Origin: Haliotis rubra
Taxonomy: Eukaryota
DNA: 64,000 nucleotides
Direction of reading: 5' to 3'
Assembly (NCBI RefSeq): GCF_003918875.1
Contig: NW_025764904.1
Coordinates: 2,170,001 to 2,234,000, forward strand
The notes under the pieces were generated by a model that was not told the origin of the DNA, did no database searches, and worked only from the letters and a program-made list of their open reading frames with translations. A program made the position numbers and the translations under genes. Each line of letters begins with the position of its first letter. Position 1 is the stretch's first letter. Positions 1-13,441 of the stretch are shown piece after piece.

Positions 1-1308
1 ATACAATACAATAATGTAATTCATGATTAGATCAGTCCACATTTAATTATCATTCAGAAGAGAAGGACACAACAGCAGTACACGTCTACCTTGACCTTAC
101 ATAGAAATTGTCATCATAGGGATTAACCGAAGCAGTCAGTGTTCTGTTGATGAATTAATACGTCTATATACAATAGGAATAACGGTGTTCCAGTGTATAA
201 CAGTACCTGTAAATCCAATGCGAATACCATGGATCATAGAACCAATGTACTTATTGACCTGGCAAATATACACATGCAGATGGTAGCTTATTGTACTGAT
301 GGCACAGACGTATTGATCAGAATGTACACAGGGCACCCAAGGGCATTCTTTGTCGAAGTGTTTCCCGAGTACATCACCTAGATGAAGACATGATGTTAAG
401 TGACTTGGCCTCCCAATGTTATCAAGTTGTTTGTTTGTTGTTGTTAAGAGCTCATCATTTCCCCAGCTATATGATGGCGGGTTGTGAATAATCAATTCAT
501 GAGTATCGATCTGGGTAATTGGGATACGATGACATGCATCAACCAGGTCAGTGAGCCTGACCACCTGGCCATTAGTTTCTAAGGAGTTGTAAGATAGACA
601 TAACGGTTTTGGGCTGTACGTTCTTAATGTAAACACTTGACATTAACCATACTAAAAAGAAATTCAATTAAAACATCTTTCACCAAACTGTTATTGCAGG
701 TGGGACACTAGCGGGTGGTTTCTAATCAAACTGGAGCAGCATCGCTTAGAAACTGCGCATCAATATTAGCTGTGTGATACAACCAATAAATATCGGTGAG
801 CCTACGGTCTTGTCGTTTTGTTCGTTGTTTAACACTTCAAGCCAATATCCCAGCAATATGACGGCGTTCTGTAAATACTCGAGTCTGGACCAGACAATCC
901 AGTGATCATGACTCATCATGAGTATCGATCTACGCAATTGGGATACGATGACATGTGGCATGTGTGTGCGTTCCAAGTTATCACACATACCATACAGTAT
1001 GTCTGGTCCACACTCAACTATTTACAGACCACAACCTAATAGTTGGGTGTCTCCGAAAGTGGAGTTGAGCATCAAATATTCAAGAAAGAACCGTAAGTGA
1101 CGAGCGAAAATCAACGTAATTAATGGACGAGGTGTAATCGAAAGAAACGGGCGTAGGAATGCTTGGTTACATTACATCATAAAACATGCACGTTTTTGCC
1201 ATACTCCATTTATTACCAGTGACTGTTAATATGGTTAATAATAGGATCCTTGTTTCACGAACAACTGGGTTCATTATTGACTTTCACTGATTACTTCAAA
1301 TAGTTTTA

Positions 1309-1474
1309 GGGGAGGTGCAGTAGCCTTGTGGCTAAAGCGTTCGCTCGTTACGACGAAGACCCGGGTATGATTTCCATCATGGGTACATTGTGTAAAACAA
1401 TTTCTCGTATCCCCCCGAAGCGATGTTGCTGGTATATTGCTAACAGCGGCGTAAAACCATACACATTCACACTC
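1309..1474 (+). mobile_element. tRNA-Asp-derived SINE (family A), diverged copy
   Basis: Matches the family A consensus (TAGCC..GTGG.TAAAGCGTTCGCTCGT.ACG.CGAAGACCCGGG ... GCTGG.ATATTGCT..CAGCGGCGTAAAAC). Confidence 0.75.
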
Positions 1475-1956
1475 AAATACTTTTCATAACTAGTTTTCCT
1501 TATAACGCCCAGTAGAATCTGTTTCGGCAGATGACCGAGACTAGTTGTTCTCTGATGTTGACGTCTTCTATATTTGTTTGTGGTTGTGACTTAGAGGTCT
1601 GCCCATAGTACCACCCAGAATATGTAGAGCGTATCATGGAAAATGACAAAAGTATATTTGAAAGGTTGGTGGACCCTCTTGTTGAAATATCCACATGGTA
1701 GAAAGACATAAATTCCATCAGGGCATGTGCTTATAAAGGCTCGGTGAATAACGTTTAATATACCCTCTTATTGTCTTGCGGACACCGGGTGTCATCACTG
1801 ATTGGCCCATACATATACTTGTCACCACTATTTTACCTTTTACAACAAAGGAATCTTGACCTTCTTGACTAGCATTGTTGAACTTCCAAAAACAAGTCTA
1901 AACTGAGTAAACGGAGTTTAAGGTGGTAAATAGAGGTTAACTTAAATAGAATCTGG

Positions 1957-2826
1957 TTAATGGGTTAACTTCGATAAACAGGGGTTAACTTTGATTGTGG
2001 ACATCTTTTTAGGAGGTGGCATCTGTTTCTTCAGCCGCTGTTGACGTTGCTGGTTTCGCTTGTAGAAGTCATTGAAATTGGCAGCGATTATGGCAATGGG
2101 CATCGGAATGACAAGAATCCCGAGAAGAGAACAGGTCGACCCCACCAGGTAACCACACACCCCAGATGGAACATAGTCCCCATATCCTACCGTTGTCATA
2201 GTAACCACTGCCCACCAGATTGATATTGGTACGGTGTCGAAGTGATTGTTTTCAAATTCGCAGTAATATTGTATAGATCCAAACACTGTCGCGAATATCG
2301 TGAAGCAAATCCCCAACAGGATTAGTTCCGATTTGCTACGGTTGATGGCCAAAAATATCACCTTCAGTCCGGTAAATCGCTCCGAAAGTCGTAAAAAGCG
2401 GAAAAGCCGGAATATATAGAAACTTCGAAGTACAACATACAAAATGAACATGTCGTAGTTTTTGGCAACGAATCCATTTCTGAATCCCATCTCGGTGAGA
2501 TACACACTCCATCCACCGGAAATCGTGACGATGTCGACCCATGTGAGGAACCTCTTCATGAACTTCCGTTTCCGTGCGCATGACAGGAAGTGAAGGATGA
2601 ACTCCACGGTAAAGATACAGAGGCAAACAAGATCAATGGCGCTCAGGGAAGGGTACACCTTCGTAAACATCAACAGTTCGATCTTCAAATTATTTCCACT
2701 GAGGTTCTTTCGAACTGAGCTGTTGATTTCTGCACCCGAGATTGGCACACGGAATTCAAGCATTGTTTCCAGACAATAGTTGATAGCAGACACAGCCACG
2801 AGGACCATAAAAACAGTGTTCCAGAT
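1957..2826 (-). CDS. Kv channel gene 1, exon 2 (S1-S6 transmembrane domain); joins exon 1 at 13442-13909 to give ~445 aa Shaw/Kv3-like subunit
   Basis: Six TM segments, S2 FTVEF, S3 VDIV, S4 LRSFYIFRLFRFLRL, pore WWAVVTMTTVGYGD, S6 GILVIPMPIAII. Splice acceptor tattttcag|ATCTGG at 2826, phase 0; stop at 1957. Confidence 0.93.
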   Translation of the reverse strand: MWNTVFMVLVAVSAINYCLETMLEFRVPISGAEINSSVRKNLSGNNLKIELLMFTKVYPSLSAIDLVCLCIFTVEFILHFLSCARKRKFMKRFLTWVDIVTISGGWSVYLTEMGFRNGFVAKNYDMFILYVVLRSFYIFRLFRFLRLSERFTGLKVIFLAINRSKSELILLGICFTIFATVFGSIQYYCEFENNHFDTVPISIWWAVVTMTTVGYGDYVPSGVCGYLVGSTCSLLGILVIPMPIAIIAANFNDFYKRNQQRQQRLKKQMPPPKKMSTIKVNPCLSKLTH

Positions 2827-5081
2827 CTGAAAATATAATTTGGAAAATATGTTAGGCAAGTTAGCTTGTATATTGATTAAATCTCTTTGGACTTCCGTTG
2901 CCAGTCTAAGAAACGAGATAGTGCTGTAGCCATTGATCCATGATCCATGTATCCATATTCCAGCAATATTCCAGCTATATCAATATATGTTATCGAGTAT
3001 GGACCAGGCAATCCGGTGATAAACATCATGAGCATCTATCTACGAAACTGGAATACTATAGCATGCGTCAACCAAGCAAGCGAGCCTGACCACACAATCA
3101 CGTTAGTAGAAGCTATACCAGCTATTGATACTATGACTAACGACCAAGGAAAGTCTATTCATCTTTGTGGACCAGTATTTCTGTCAATGGGTTTGTTGGT
3201 GACACAGTTGTAATTTACTTGATTTCATTCATTGTGCGTGTCTGAACTGCAAAGTGGTTAGTGTACGGCACACTGGAAACTGGAAGAAGTCATCGTGAAG
3301 TTGCCAATGTGATCAATGTTTGACAGTCGGTGATCAGCAGACTATACCAACAAACCACAGCTGACAATGGACCCCGTTCAGGTCGTCCCTGGTCAGTGTC
3401 TCCGATTCACCTTTTACTTCCTTGATAGGTGCAATCGTGTCTAGCAGCCTCGAATTTTAAACTCATATGTCGCTATAACAGAACGAAACCAGCTCCATAT
3501 TTTGCACCAAAACAAACGGTCAAAGAACAGGATGTTGTATGTTGCAAGGCGTGTTGGTTTGTCTTTCATGACAACGCCCGTTCAGCAAGACACCGAGGCT
3601 ACAGCCCGATGGAACACGCTCGACCTCCAGATTTGTGCGACATACATGTATTTTACGTTATTTCCAGATATCCGTATTTCAGTGTATATCTGGAATATCT
3701 GCCAAAGAATAGGGCATACCTTCATGGCATAATAAAGTTGTTGTGGATTAACCACAGGCTAGCAAAAACATCAAGTATATACAAGATTAATTATCATTTT
3801 CATTGGATTCTCTGGTCTAGACTCGAATTGTTTACAAACAACATCGTAAGCTGTAATACTGCTGAAACAAATACGTAATCATGATATAGTCATAATTGTA
3901 CAATCGACTCGGCTTTTTGAAGAGATTTTTTATGGATGTGGAAAGGGTTTTCTAGTTTCTATTTTAAGAAGATTACGCTGGAACGACATATATTCTTTCT
4001 ACGAAGATTATAAAGAATATACGCTAACTAAAACAGTGTTTTATCAGGGTGACACCATCAAGGCCTCAGTAAATATTTTTAAATGCTTTATAGTAGACCT
4101 GTGGACGACATTTCCAAACATCTGCATCTCTTACAAAACGGATATTAGATGCAATTAAAAGTCTCAAGTTGTGCAATATATTCTCGTTGGTTTTAAGGCA
4201 AATAATTAACTTGACTTTCTATGTGTTTGTGACAAACGCCATCCGTACGATAGGATACGCTAATGTAATCATATCATATTTCGAATTGTACAACGGACAT
4301 AACAAAGATATCTAATATTATCATGATTGGTAAAGATTGGTCACAATGTTATTTACACACATCCATCTATAATAAGTTATTTTGATAACGAAGACATACT
4401 GATAGCCGTGTTACACGTACCACAGCAGGACGCAAATGTATGTGCTATCTGACAACAAAGGACATATCTTTGAAGATTTATTCGACGAATGAATCATTAT
4501 TCTTTTCAATGTTCATAAGACACTTCATCTTTGTCTTCAGTTCAAACAAATTATGGGCACAACGTGTGAAGCCTATATATGGTGTCCCCATCACTCAAAC
4601 AAATAATTGTTTTCCAGAAAAAAACATTTATTGAAACAAACGGGTATAGCTCACCGGACAATATAAACAAACATTCTACACAATATAATGTACGTGGAAT
4701 ACCAAACATTAGGTTCGATGTCAACTGAAAAAATACGAATCCAGACACAAGATACACTGAAACCTCGTCTACAGCTCGATGTTTACGTGAAACGAAATAA
4801 ATGCCACATCTAATGCATGCTTCTTTATCCGGAAATCCGGTTTCCGGAACCGGGCAGTGAATTTCAATTATCAACAGTGAGAATTACAAACCAATAGGCC
4901 CCACTTAACCCACAACGACCACGCTTGAACATGTTCATGTTGCAATCCATCACGCGGCGGTCAACATGAAAGGGTCGGGTAGCATGTCATCACAGTATTT
5001 GGCTACCTGTATACCTGTTAATTGGGCAGTCAGGTGAGATCTGACTTGAGGTTTGTGGTAAACATTAAAATGCTGTCTCCA

Positions 5082-5279
5082 CCACAGGTCCTAGTGACTT
5101 TGCGAGGATTAAAGATTTTATCAAATATATACAAAAATTTGAGATGACTCCCGACTCGAAATGCTTCACAATACAACACATTATGATGCATTGTATTGTG
5201 AAGCATTTCGAGTTGGGGGTCATCTCAAAAACAATATTTTTTAAATCTTTAATCCTCGCAAAGACACGAGGGTCTGTGG
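5082..5279. mobile_element. 198-bp palindromic MITE (CCACAG...CTGTGG) with 6-bp TSD
   Basis: ~37-bp TIRs plus internal inverted arms (TTTGAGATGACTCC...GGGGTCATCTCAAA); TCTCCA on both sides (5076-5081, 5280-5285). Confidence 0.85.
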
Positions 5280-5786
5280 TCTCCACTGTACATTGTACCG
5301 CAGTCATCATGTGAGCCAACCTGGTAGCCTTATGGTTAAGCCATTCGCTCGTCTCCGATTCGACCAGGGTTCGATTCCATGTGACATTTCTGGTGTCACC
5401 AACCGCGATTGTTCTGGAATTTTTGGAATTGTTGGAATATTGAACCTGCTCATTGAACCTGATGAACGAAATACAATTCAGCGACAGCTCGGTAAAAGAA
5501 ATGGATCCATTAGTATGAAAACACACATCCTAACATTTGACTTGTTGAGTAATGGCTTCACAAAACTAGTTCGGTCATAACATCGGGAAAACAACAATTG
5601 TGGAAGTTGGTTGACCTTCTCAGAAGATTTATCGTAACCGTTGCCTTTCTGACATGTTCACTATCAAACAGAAGCGACAAAACCCTGTCTACATCCATAA
5701 GAAATATCCTCATATGTACAATTGTTACCATATCATTTGTTTCAGCATGGAAGGTGGATAGTTCCTATGGTCAAGCAATGTATCTG

Positions 5787-6053
5787 CAGTGTAGGAAAGA
5801 TGTAGAAAATCTAGCCTGTCCACAGGACTGGCAGGTCAGATTTTTTACCAGTCCTGCCAAAATCTGGCCTGTCCTCCAAATATAAATAAAACACCTTCGG
5901 CAGTAAATATTCAAAAAGGTTATAATCATTATATATATGTCATTGGTTTGCTAAAATTGACCCGACATGAGGACGGACTAGATATTTTTTTAACCCGTCC
6001 TCCACAAAATTCACCCGTCTCGGACGTTGGGACGGGCTATCTTTTCTACACTG
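5787..6053. mobile_element. MITE, hAT-like termini (CAGTGTAGGAAAGAT...ATCTTTTCTACACTG)
   Basis: 15-bp near-perfect TIR, subterminal GTCC/GGAC repeats, direct repeat GTATCTG at 5780-5786 and 6054-6060. Confidence 0.75.
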
Positions 6054-6834
6054 GTATCTGGTAGAAATATTAGCTTTATATCATGAAGCAATTAAACTGG
6101 ACTTGAAAATCCTTTTAAATCGGTGACATACATTTTTCACACCAGCTTTTTCAGTCAGACCCAAATGGACAAATACATACAAAGCCAAACCTTNNNNNNN
6201 NNNNNNNNNNNNNNNNNNNNNNNNNNNNNNNNNNNNNNNNNNNNNNNNNNNNNNNNNNNNNNNNNNNNNNNNNNNNNNNNNNNNNNNNNNNNNNNNNNNN
6301 NNNNNNNNNNNNNNNNNNNNNNNNNNNNNNNNNNNNNNNNNNNNNNNNNNNNNNNNNNNNNNNNNNNNNNNNNNNNNNNNNNNNNNNNNNNNNNNNNNNN
6401 NNNNNNNNNNNNNNNNNNNNNNNNNNNNNNNNNNNNNNNNNNNTGTCGTACAATATCTCATACAATACCAATTTACTGTGCCACTATTTGTACACGACAA
6501 CACGACGGTTTACTCGCCAAAACTATAAGAAAAAAATCGACATCAAGAAAGCCAAGTTGCCATTCGAGTGAAGCTTCCGGTTCCTCGAATAGATTCTGTT
6601 TTTACTTAGTGCATGCCAAAGGGACGAACTTTATAGGATATACATTAAGCCGTATACTATCCGAGATTACCTATCCGGCTTGTCTAGTCAGGTCTCGATC
6701 ATCTATCTGGTTTTGTCAAGACAGCCCTCGATTATTTATTAGTTTGTCTAGCCATGTCTCGAGTATTAGACCGCCGTCATACAACTGAAATACTGAACGT
6801 GGCGTTAAGCCACAACTAACATTATATGGGATAT

Positions 6835-7500
6835 TAGGCGCTCTCATGGGCTCTGATAAGGCGCCCCTCTGTGCTGATCGGTTTCTTTTTTTCCACTGTG
6901 AGTGGCCATATTATACCACATTGAAGGCTACTGCGTAAATACTTCGAGTTATCCGAGCCTTGACACAACTTTCACTGATGGCCAAGTAAGGAACACACAG
7001 AGACCCAGCTTTTACTTCGAGACAACGAGACAACCTTAGTTTAACACATCACAGTTCGACACAGCCGTACACTGATGACCAAGTAAGGAACACGCACAGA
7101 CCCAGCTTTTACTTCAAGACAACCGTAGGTTCGACACATCACAGTTCGACACAGCGGTATTTGACTTAAGTATTTAACTCCAGGTACATCGATTATCTGC
7201 AATGATCGTTCAAACATATTCATACAGCCTATTCCCTTCTACTGGTTTACACAGTTGAACCAGAAACAAAAGAGTGAATTTGTTTTATATTAAAATCAAT
7301 GCATGCAGATTCAGAGTGTAAAGAATATTCTCCACAAGACTGAAAAACAAGATGGGGGTCTTTCAACAGACCATTCTCCGTCCTTGTCAGTATACTCCGG
7401 CAGCACCAGCGTTTGATGTCTACAATTTACAACTAACAGCTCATGAGATTCAATCTTGTATGCACAGTCTACGGATATTTCAAAGACGTCATCTAAATTA
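6835..7500 (+). pseudogene. Degenerate Penelope-like retroelement RT fragment (duplicated at ~10315-10975)
   Basis: Translatable relics ALMGSDKAPLCAD.FLF (RT motif B'), NSRYIDYL (YxDD region), PAAPAFDVYNLQL; many frameshifts and an internal ~100-bp duplication. Confidence 0.55.
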
Positions 7501-8039
7501 GTTACCTACAAAGACGTCTTGCAATGCGTAGTCTTCTGCATCTCCAGAGAGGGAAACAATAGACAGACATTTCAATTGACTACGAACGAACAAAATCAAT
7601 ATTTGGAATATAATTTTTCATTGTTCCAAGTGGGTCAAATCCATTCGTATCACGATTAATCATATATCAGTATTCACAAAACCCATTGGATTTCCTGTGA
7701 GTACAATAAATCAATGTTGTCACACATTTCCGTTGTGGAGATGAATTGTATGAGAAAATTGGTATTTTTCTTGGTTTACATAACGTCAAACAACATCACT
7801 TTCATATGAAAACAACATTATGTGAACTGTCTAGACACGGAACATGGCATTGCTTGGATATCAAGTAATCTAAAATACAGATCCATGCTTTTGTCTGAAA
7901 AGGAAATTTATGGCAATTATGACATTTTCTACGTACATACACTCGTGGAATGCCTGAGGAAAAGTCCATTCCAGGTTCAGATTAAACAGGTGAAATGCTG
8001 GACTTAATCATGATACAATTTGGGGATAAAACCTTGAGA

Positions 8040-8585
8040 CAAGAAACAGACATCCCCATTGGCACCAGCTGTGCTCCCCTCCTGGCGGATCTGTATTTCT
8101 ATGCATATGAATCAAACTTTCTGCTCTGTTTTGCAAAGTAAAAACAAGGTAATTTAGCCAAGAAGTTAAACATAAGTTTCGGGTATATCGACGATCTAAT
8201 ATTGTGCAAAACCCATCCAATAGCCAATTCCCTTTCATTAATTTATTTTTCACAAATTAGGGACACAGGTGTTTCATCAACTGTTTCATAGTTATCTATG
8301 CATAAGATTTGGAGTGACAAAAATCTCCCAACATCAAATTGAGGAGACAAATGAGACCGCCTCAGCAGTTTCATATTTAGATATATACATCAAGATTGAC
8401 AAACAAAAACTCACCACAATGCCAAACAGGGATGATTTCTGCTTGTCAATTGTCAACTTTCCATTCATGTCGAAGAACATTCCAACTGTTCCAGCCGTTT
8501 GTGTTTATTTTTCACAACGTTTGAGGTACAATCGAGCATGCTCTTTTTACAAAGATTTCAAAGAGCGCCCAACGATTCTTGCTTA
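8040..8585 (+). pseudogene. Penelope-like retroelement RT fragment (duplicated at ~11515-12060)
   Basis: IPIGTSCAPLLADLYFYAYE, F.YIDDL, SYLDIYI, RDDFCLSIVNFPFMSKNIP..PAVCVYFSQRLRYNRAC: characteristic PLE RT and thumb motifs, broken by frameshifts. Confidence 0.8.
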
Positions 8586-8895
8586 TCATACAATCGAGAT
8601 TGTATAATGGACTTTCTTTATGATACAGTCACATGACACATGCTTATCATAGAGTCGATATCGTATAATGGACTTTGTTTACGATACAGTCACATGACAC
8701 ATGCTTATCATAGAGTCGAGATCGTACCATGGACTTTGTTTACGATACAGTCACATGACACATGCTTATCATAGAGTCGAGATAGTATAATGGACTTTCT
8801 TTATGATACAGTCAGATGACACATGCTTATCATAGAGTCGAGATCGTATAATGGACTTTCTTTATGATATAGTCAGATGACACATGCTTATCATA
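8580..8895. repeat. 61-bp tandem repeat, ~5 copies (duplicated at ~12052-12367)
   Basis: TGCTTATCAT recurs at 8580, 8641, 8702, 8763, 8824 and 8885. Confidence 0.95.
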
Positions 8896-11800
8896 CGAAG
8901 AAATCTGCATTTAGCAGAGATTTTGTATAATAATGGAAAGATGTTGTCCGTTTTGTCCGTAGTACCAAGAAATGCTCCTAGCTTTAAAACTTTAATTATG
9001 GTGTCAAGTTGCAGCTATAATTTCGCGCAGATTCTCCAACATGGTCGTGTTTATTTACTGCCGTTTCATGCTTTCAAGATCGTGTTTTGACTCTTATTTC
9101 ATTTAAACGTTATTTATGTACAATGTATATTATATATATTGCCATTGCACGCTTCCTCAACCTTTACCTTAAGTCATGAAAACATGAATCATAAAAAAAC
9201 ATATGACACATGTTTTTGTACGGCTGTACATTCCAAGGTACAGAGTGAAGTACAGTGTAAGTGGGTATAAGGGCGAGTTTATATGTATGTTCTTATTTAA
9301 ATTTGTTGGAATTTTCTGTACAGCTATGAATTACTGTGGTTAAGTGCATTTTTTTCAAAATGATCCAGGGACGTTCGTATGAACTGTCTATTATACTATA
9401 AGTCTCCAGACGAAACCATGGTAAGTGGGTTGATCGTTCGTATAATGTGTCTCATACAAACGGTTTTTACCCTGATTATGGTTCTTGGTTTGATATTATC
9501 ATAATAGTTATGATTGCGCCATCAGAGTACCATGACATGTCATGAGAGACTGACCATCTCATCCTTAAGTCGACTCTTACGGACTGTATACGAGAGGCCA
9601 CACCCCTGAAGATCAGGGTTGGAATTGGTCTTCAGTAACCCATGCTTGACGTAAGATGCGACTGACAAGATCGGTGGGTCAGGCTCGCTGACTTAGTTGA
9701 CACATGTCACCCCAATTGCGTAGATCGAAGCTCATGATCATTGGAGTGTCTGGTCAAGACTCGATTATTTNNNNNNNNNNNNNNNNNNNNNNNNNNNNNN
9801 NNNNNNNNNNNNNNNNNNNNNNNNNNNNNNNNNNNNNNNNNNNNNNNNNNNNNNNNNNNNNNNNNNNNNNNNNNNNNNNNNNNNNNNNNNNNNNNNNNNN
9901 NNNNNNNNNNNNNNNNNNNNNNNNGTCGTACAATATCTCATACAATACCAATTTACTGTGCCACTATTTGTACACGACAACACGACGGTTTACTCGCCAA
10001 AACTATAAGAAAAATCGACATCAAGAAAGTTGAAGTTGCCATTCGAGTGAAGCTTCCGGTTCCTCGAATAGATTCTATTTTTTACTTAGTGCATGCCAAA
10101 GGGACGAACTTTATAGGATATACATTAAGCCGTATACTATCCGAGATTACCTATCCGGCTTGTCTAGTCAGGTCTCGATCATCTATCTGGTTTTGTCAAG
10201 ACAGCCCTCGATTATTTATTAGTTTGTCTAGCCATGTCTCGAGTATTAGACCGCCGTCATACAACTGAAATACTGAACGTGGCGTTAAGCACAACTAACA
10301 TTATATGGGATATTAGGCGCTCTCATGGGCTCTGATAAGGCGCCCTCTGTGCTGATCGGTTTCTTTTTTCCACTGTGGTGGCCATATTATACCACATTGA
10401 AGGCTACTGCGTAAATACTTCGAGTTATCCGAGCCTTGACACAACTTTCACTGATGGCCAAGTAAGGAACACACAGAGACCCAGCTTTTACTTCGAGACA
10501 ACGAGACAACCTTAGTTTAACACATCACAGTTCGACACAGCCGTACACTGATGACCAAGTAAGGAACACGCACAGACCCAGCTTTTACTTCAAGACAACC
10601 GTAGGTTCGACACATCACAGTTCGACACAGCGGTATTTGACTTAAGTATTTAACTCCAGGTACATCGATTATCTGCAATGATCGTTCAAACATATTCATA
10701 CAGCCTATTCCCTTCTACTGGTTTACACAGTTGAACCAGAAACAAAGAGTGAATTTGTTTTATATTAAAATCAATGCATGCAGATTCAGAGTGTAAAGAA
10801 TATTCTCCACAAGACTGAAAAACAAGATGGGGTCTTTCAACAGACCATTCTCCGTCCTTGTCAGTATACTCCGGCAGCACCAGCGTTTGATGTCTACAAT
10901 TTACAACTAACAGCTCATGAGATTCAATCTTGTATGCACAGTCTACGGATATTTCAAAGACGTCATCTAAATTAGTTACCTACAAAGACGTCTTGCAATG
11001 CGTAGTCTTCTGCATCTCCAGAGAGGGAAACAATAGACAGACATTTCAATTGACTACGAACGAACAAAATCAATATTTGGAATATAATTTTTCATTGTTC
11101 CAAGTGGGTCAAATCCATTCGTATCACGATTAATCATATATCAGTATTCACAAAACCCATTGGATTTCCTGTGAGTACAATAAATCAATGTTGTCACACA
11201 TTTCCGTTGTGGAGATGAATTGTATGAGAAAATTGGTATTTTTCTTGGTTTACATAACGTCAAACAACATCACTTTCATATGAAAACAACATTATGTGAA
11301 CTGTCTAGACACGGAACATGGCATTGCTTGGATATCAAGTAATCTAAAATACAGATCCATGCTTTTGTCTGAAAAGGAAATTTATGGCAATTATGACATT
11401 TTCTACGTACATACACTCGTGGAATGCCTGAGGAAAAGTCCATTCCAGGTTCAGATTAAACAGGTGAAATGCTGGACTTAATCATGATACAATTTGGGGA
11501 TAAAACCTTGAGACAAGAAACAGACATCCCCATTGGCACCAGCTGTGCTCCCCTCCTGGCGGATCTGTATTTCTATGCATATGAATCAAACTTTCTGCTC
11601 TGTTTTGCAAAGTAAAAACAAGGTAATTTAGCCAAGAAGTTAAACATAAGTTTCGGGTATATCGACGATCTAATATTGTGCAAAACCCATCCAATAGCCA
11701 ATTCCCTTTCATTAATTTATTTTTCACAAATTAGGGACACAGGTGTTTCATCAACTGTTTCATAGTTATCTATGCATAAGATTTGGGTGACAAAATCTCC

Positions 11801-13078
11801 CAACATCAAATTGAGGAGACAAATGAGACCGCCTCAGCAGTTTCATATTTAGATATATACATCAAGATTGACAAACAAAAACTCACCACAATGCCAAACA
11901 GGGATGATTTCTGCTTGTCAATTGTCAACTTTCCATTCATGTCGAAGAACATTCCAACTGTTCCAGCCGTTTGTGTTTATTTTTCACAACGTTTGAGGTA
12001 CAATCGAGCATGCTCTCTTTTACAAAGATTTCAAAGAGCGCCTAACGATTCTTGCTTATCATACAATCGAGATTGTATAATGGACTTTCTTTATGATACA
12101 GTCACATGACACATGCTTATCATAGAGTCGATATCGTATAATGGACTTTGTTTACGATACAGTCACATGACACATGCTTATCATAGAGTCGAGATCGTAC
12201 CATGGACTTTGTTTACGATACAGTCACATGACACATGCTTATCATAGAGTCGAGATAGTATAATGGACTTTCTTTATGATACAGTCAGATGACACATGCT
12301 TATCATAGAGTCGAGATCGTATAATGGACTTTCTTTATGATATAGTCAGATGACACATGCTTATCATACGAAGAAATCTGCATTTAGCAGAGATTTTGTA
12401 TAATAATGGAAAGATGTTGTCCGTTTTTGTCCGTAGTACCAAGAAATGCTCCTAGCTTTAAAACTTTAATTATGGTGTCAAGTTGCAGCTATAATTTCGC
12501 GCAGATTCTCCAACATGGTCGTGTTTATTTACTGCCGTTTCATGCTTTCAAGATCGTGTTTTTGACTCTTATTTCATTTAAACGTTATTTATGTACAATG
12601 TATATTATATATATTGCCATTGCACGCTTCCTCAACCTTTACCTTAAGTCATGAAAACATGAATCATAAAAAAACATATGACACATGTTTTTGTACGGCT
12701 GTACATTCCAAGGTACAGAGTGAAGTACAGTGTAAGTGGGTATAAGGGCGAGTTTATATGTATGTTCTTATTTAAATTTGTTGGAATTTTCTGTACAGCT
12801 ATGAATTACTGTGGTTAAGTGCATTTTTTTCAAAATGATCCAGGGACGTTCGTATGAACTGTCTATTATACTATAAGTCTCCAGACGAAACCATGGTAAG
12901 TGGGTTGATCGTTCGTATAATGTGTCTCATACAAACGGTTTTTACCCTGATTATGGTTCTTGGTTTGATATTATCATAATAGTTATGATTGCGCCATCAG
13001 AGTACCATGACATGTCATGAGAGACTGACCATCTCATCCTTAAGTCGACTCTTACGGACTGTATACGAGAGAGGCCAC

Positions 13079-13313
13079 ACCCCTGAAGATCAGGGTTGGA
13101 ATTGGTCTTCAGTAACCCATGCTTGACGTAAGATGCGACTGACAAGATCGGTGGGTCAGGCTCGCTGACTTAGTTGACACATGTCACCCCAATTGCGTAG
13201 ATCGAAGCTCATGATCATTGGAGTGTCTGGTCAAGACTCGATTATTTACAGACCGCCGCCATATAGCTGGAATATTGCTGAGTGTGGCGTTAAACAATAC
13301 ACAAACAAAAACA
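13079..13313 (+). mobile_element. Family B retroposon (structured-head SINE-like element)
   Basis: ACCCCTGAAGATCAGGGTTGGAATTGGTCTTCAGTAACCC head, shared GCTGGAATATTGCT...GGCGTTAAAC tail, (AAAC)n end. Confidence 0.85.
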
Positions 13314-13441
13314 AGGGGCCCAATCTTACCCAGAATCCCAAGACAAATGTATAATGATCTTCCCACAAATCGAATGCGCATACTAAATACACAAAGAACA
13401 TTTTTTAAAACTCTGAGGAAATACTCCTAACAACAGCTTAC

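Larger units (their letters stand above)
6444..13247. repeat. Near-identical 3.3-kb tandem duplication (6444-9770 and 9925-13247), each copy preceded by an N-run
   Basis: Copies align end to end and differ mostly by 1-2 bp indels, many in homopolymers; N-runs at 6194-6443 and 9771-9924. Confidence 0.95.

Noticed and set aside
2827-2859. N-terminal extensions of the Kv exon-2 ORFs (MPNIFSKLYFQ; MGHALFQ at 32817)
   Set aside because: They are intronic polypyrimidine/acceptor sequence with non-ATG starts.
7065-7110. Hammerhead ribozyme core (CTGATGA) within the Penelope-like fragment
   Set aside because: It is followed by GGAAC rather than GAAA, and no stem I/III pairing was found. CTGATGA at 29940 and 62103 also lacks the core.
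8580-8895. CRISPR-like 61-bp periodicity
   Set aside because: The whole unit is repeated, so this is a plain tandem repeat.
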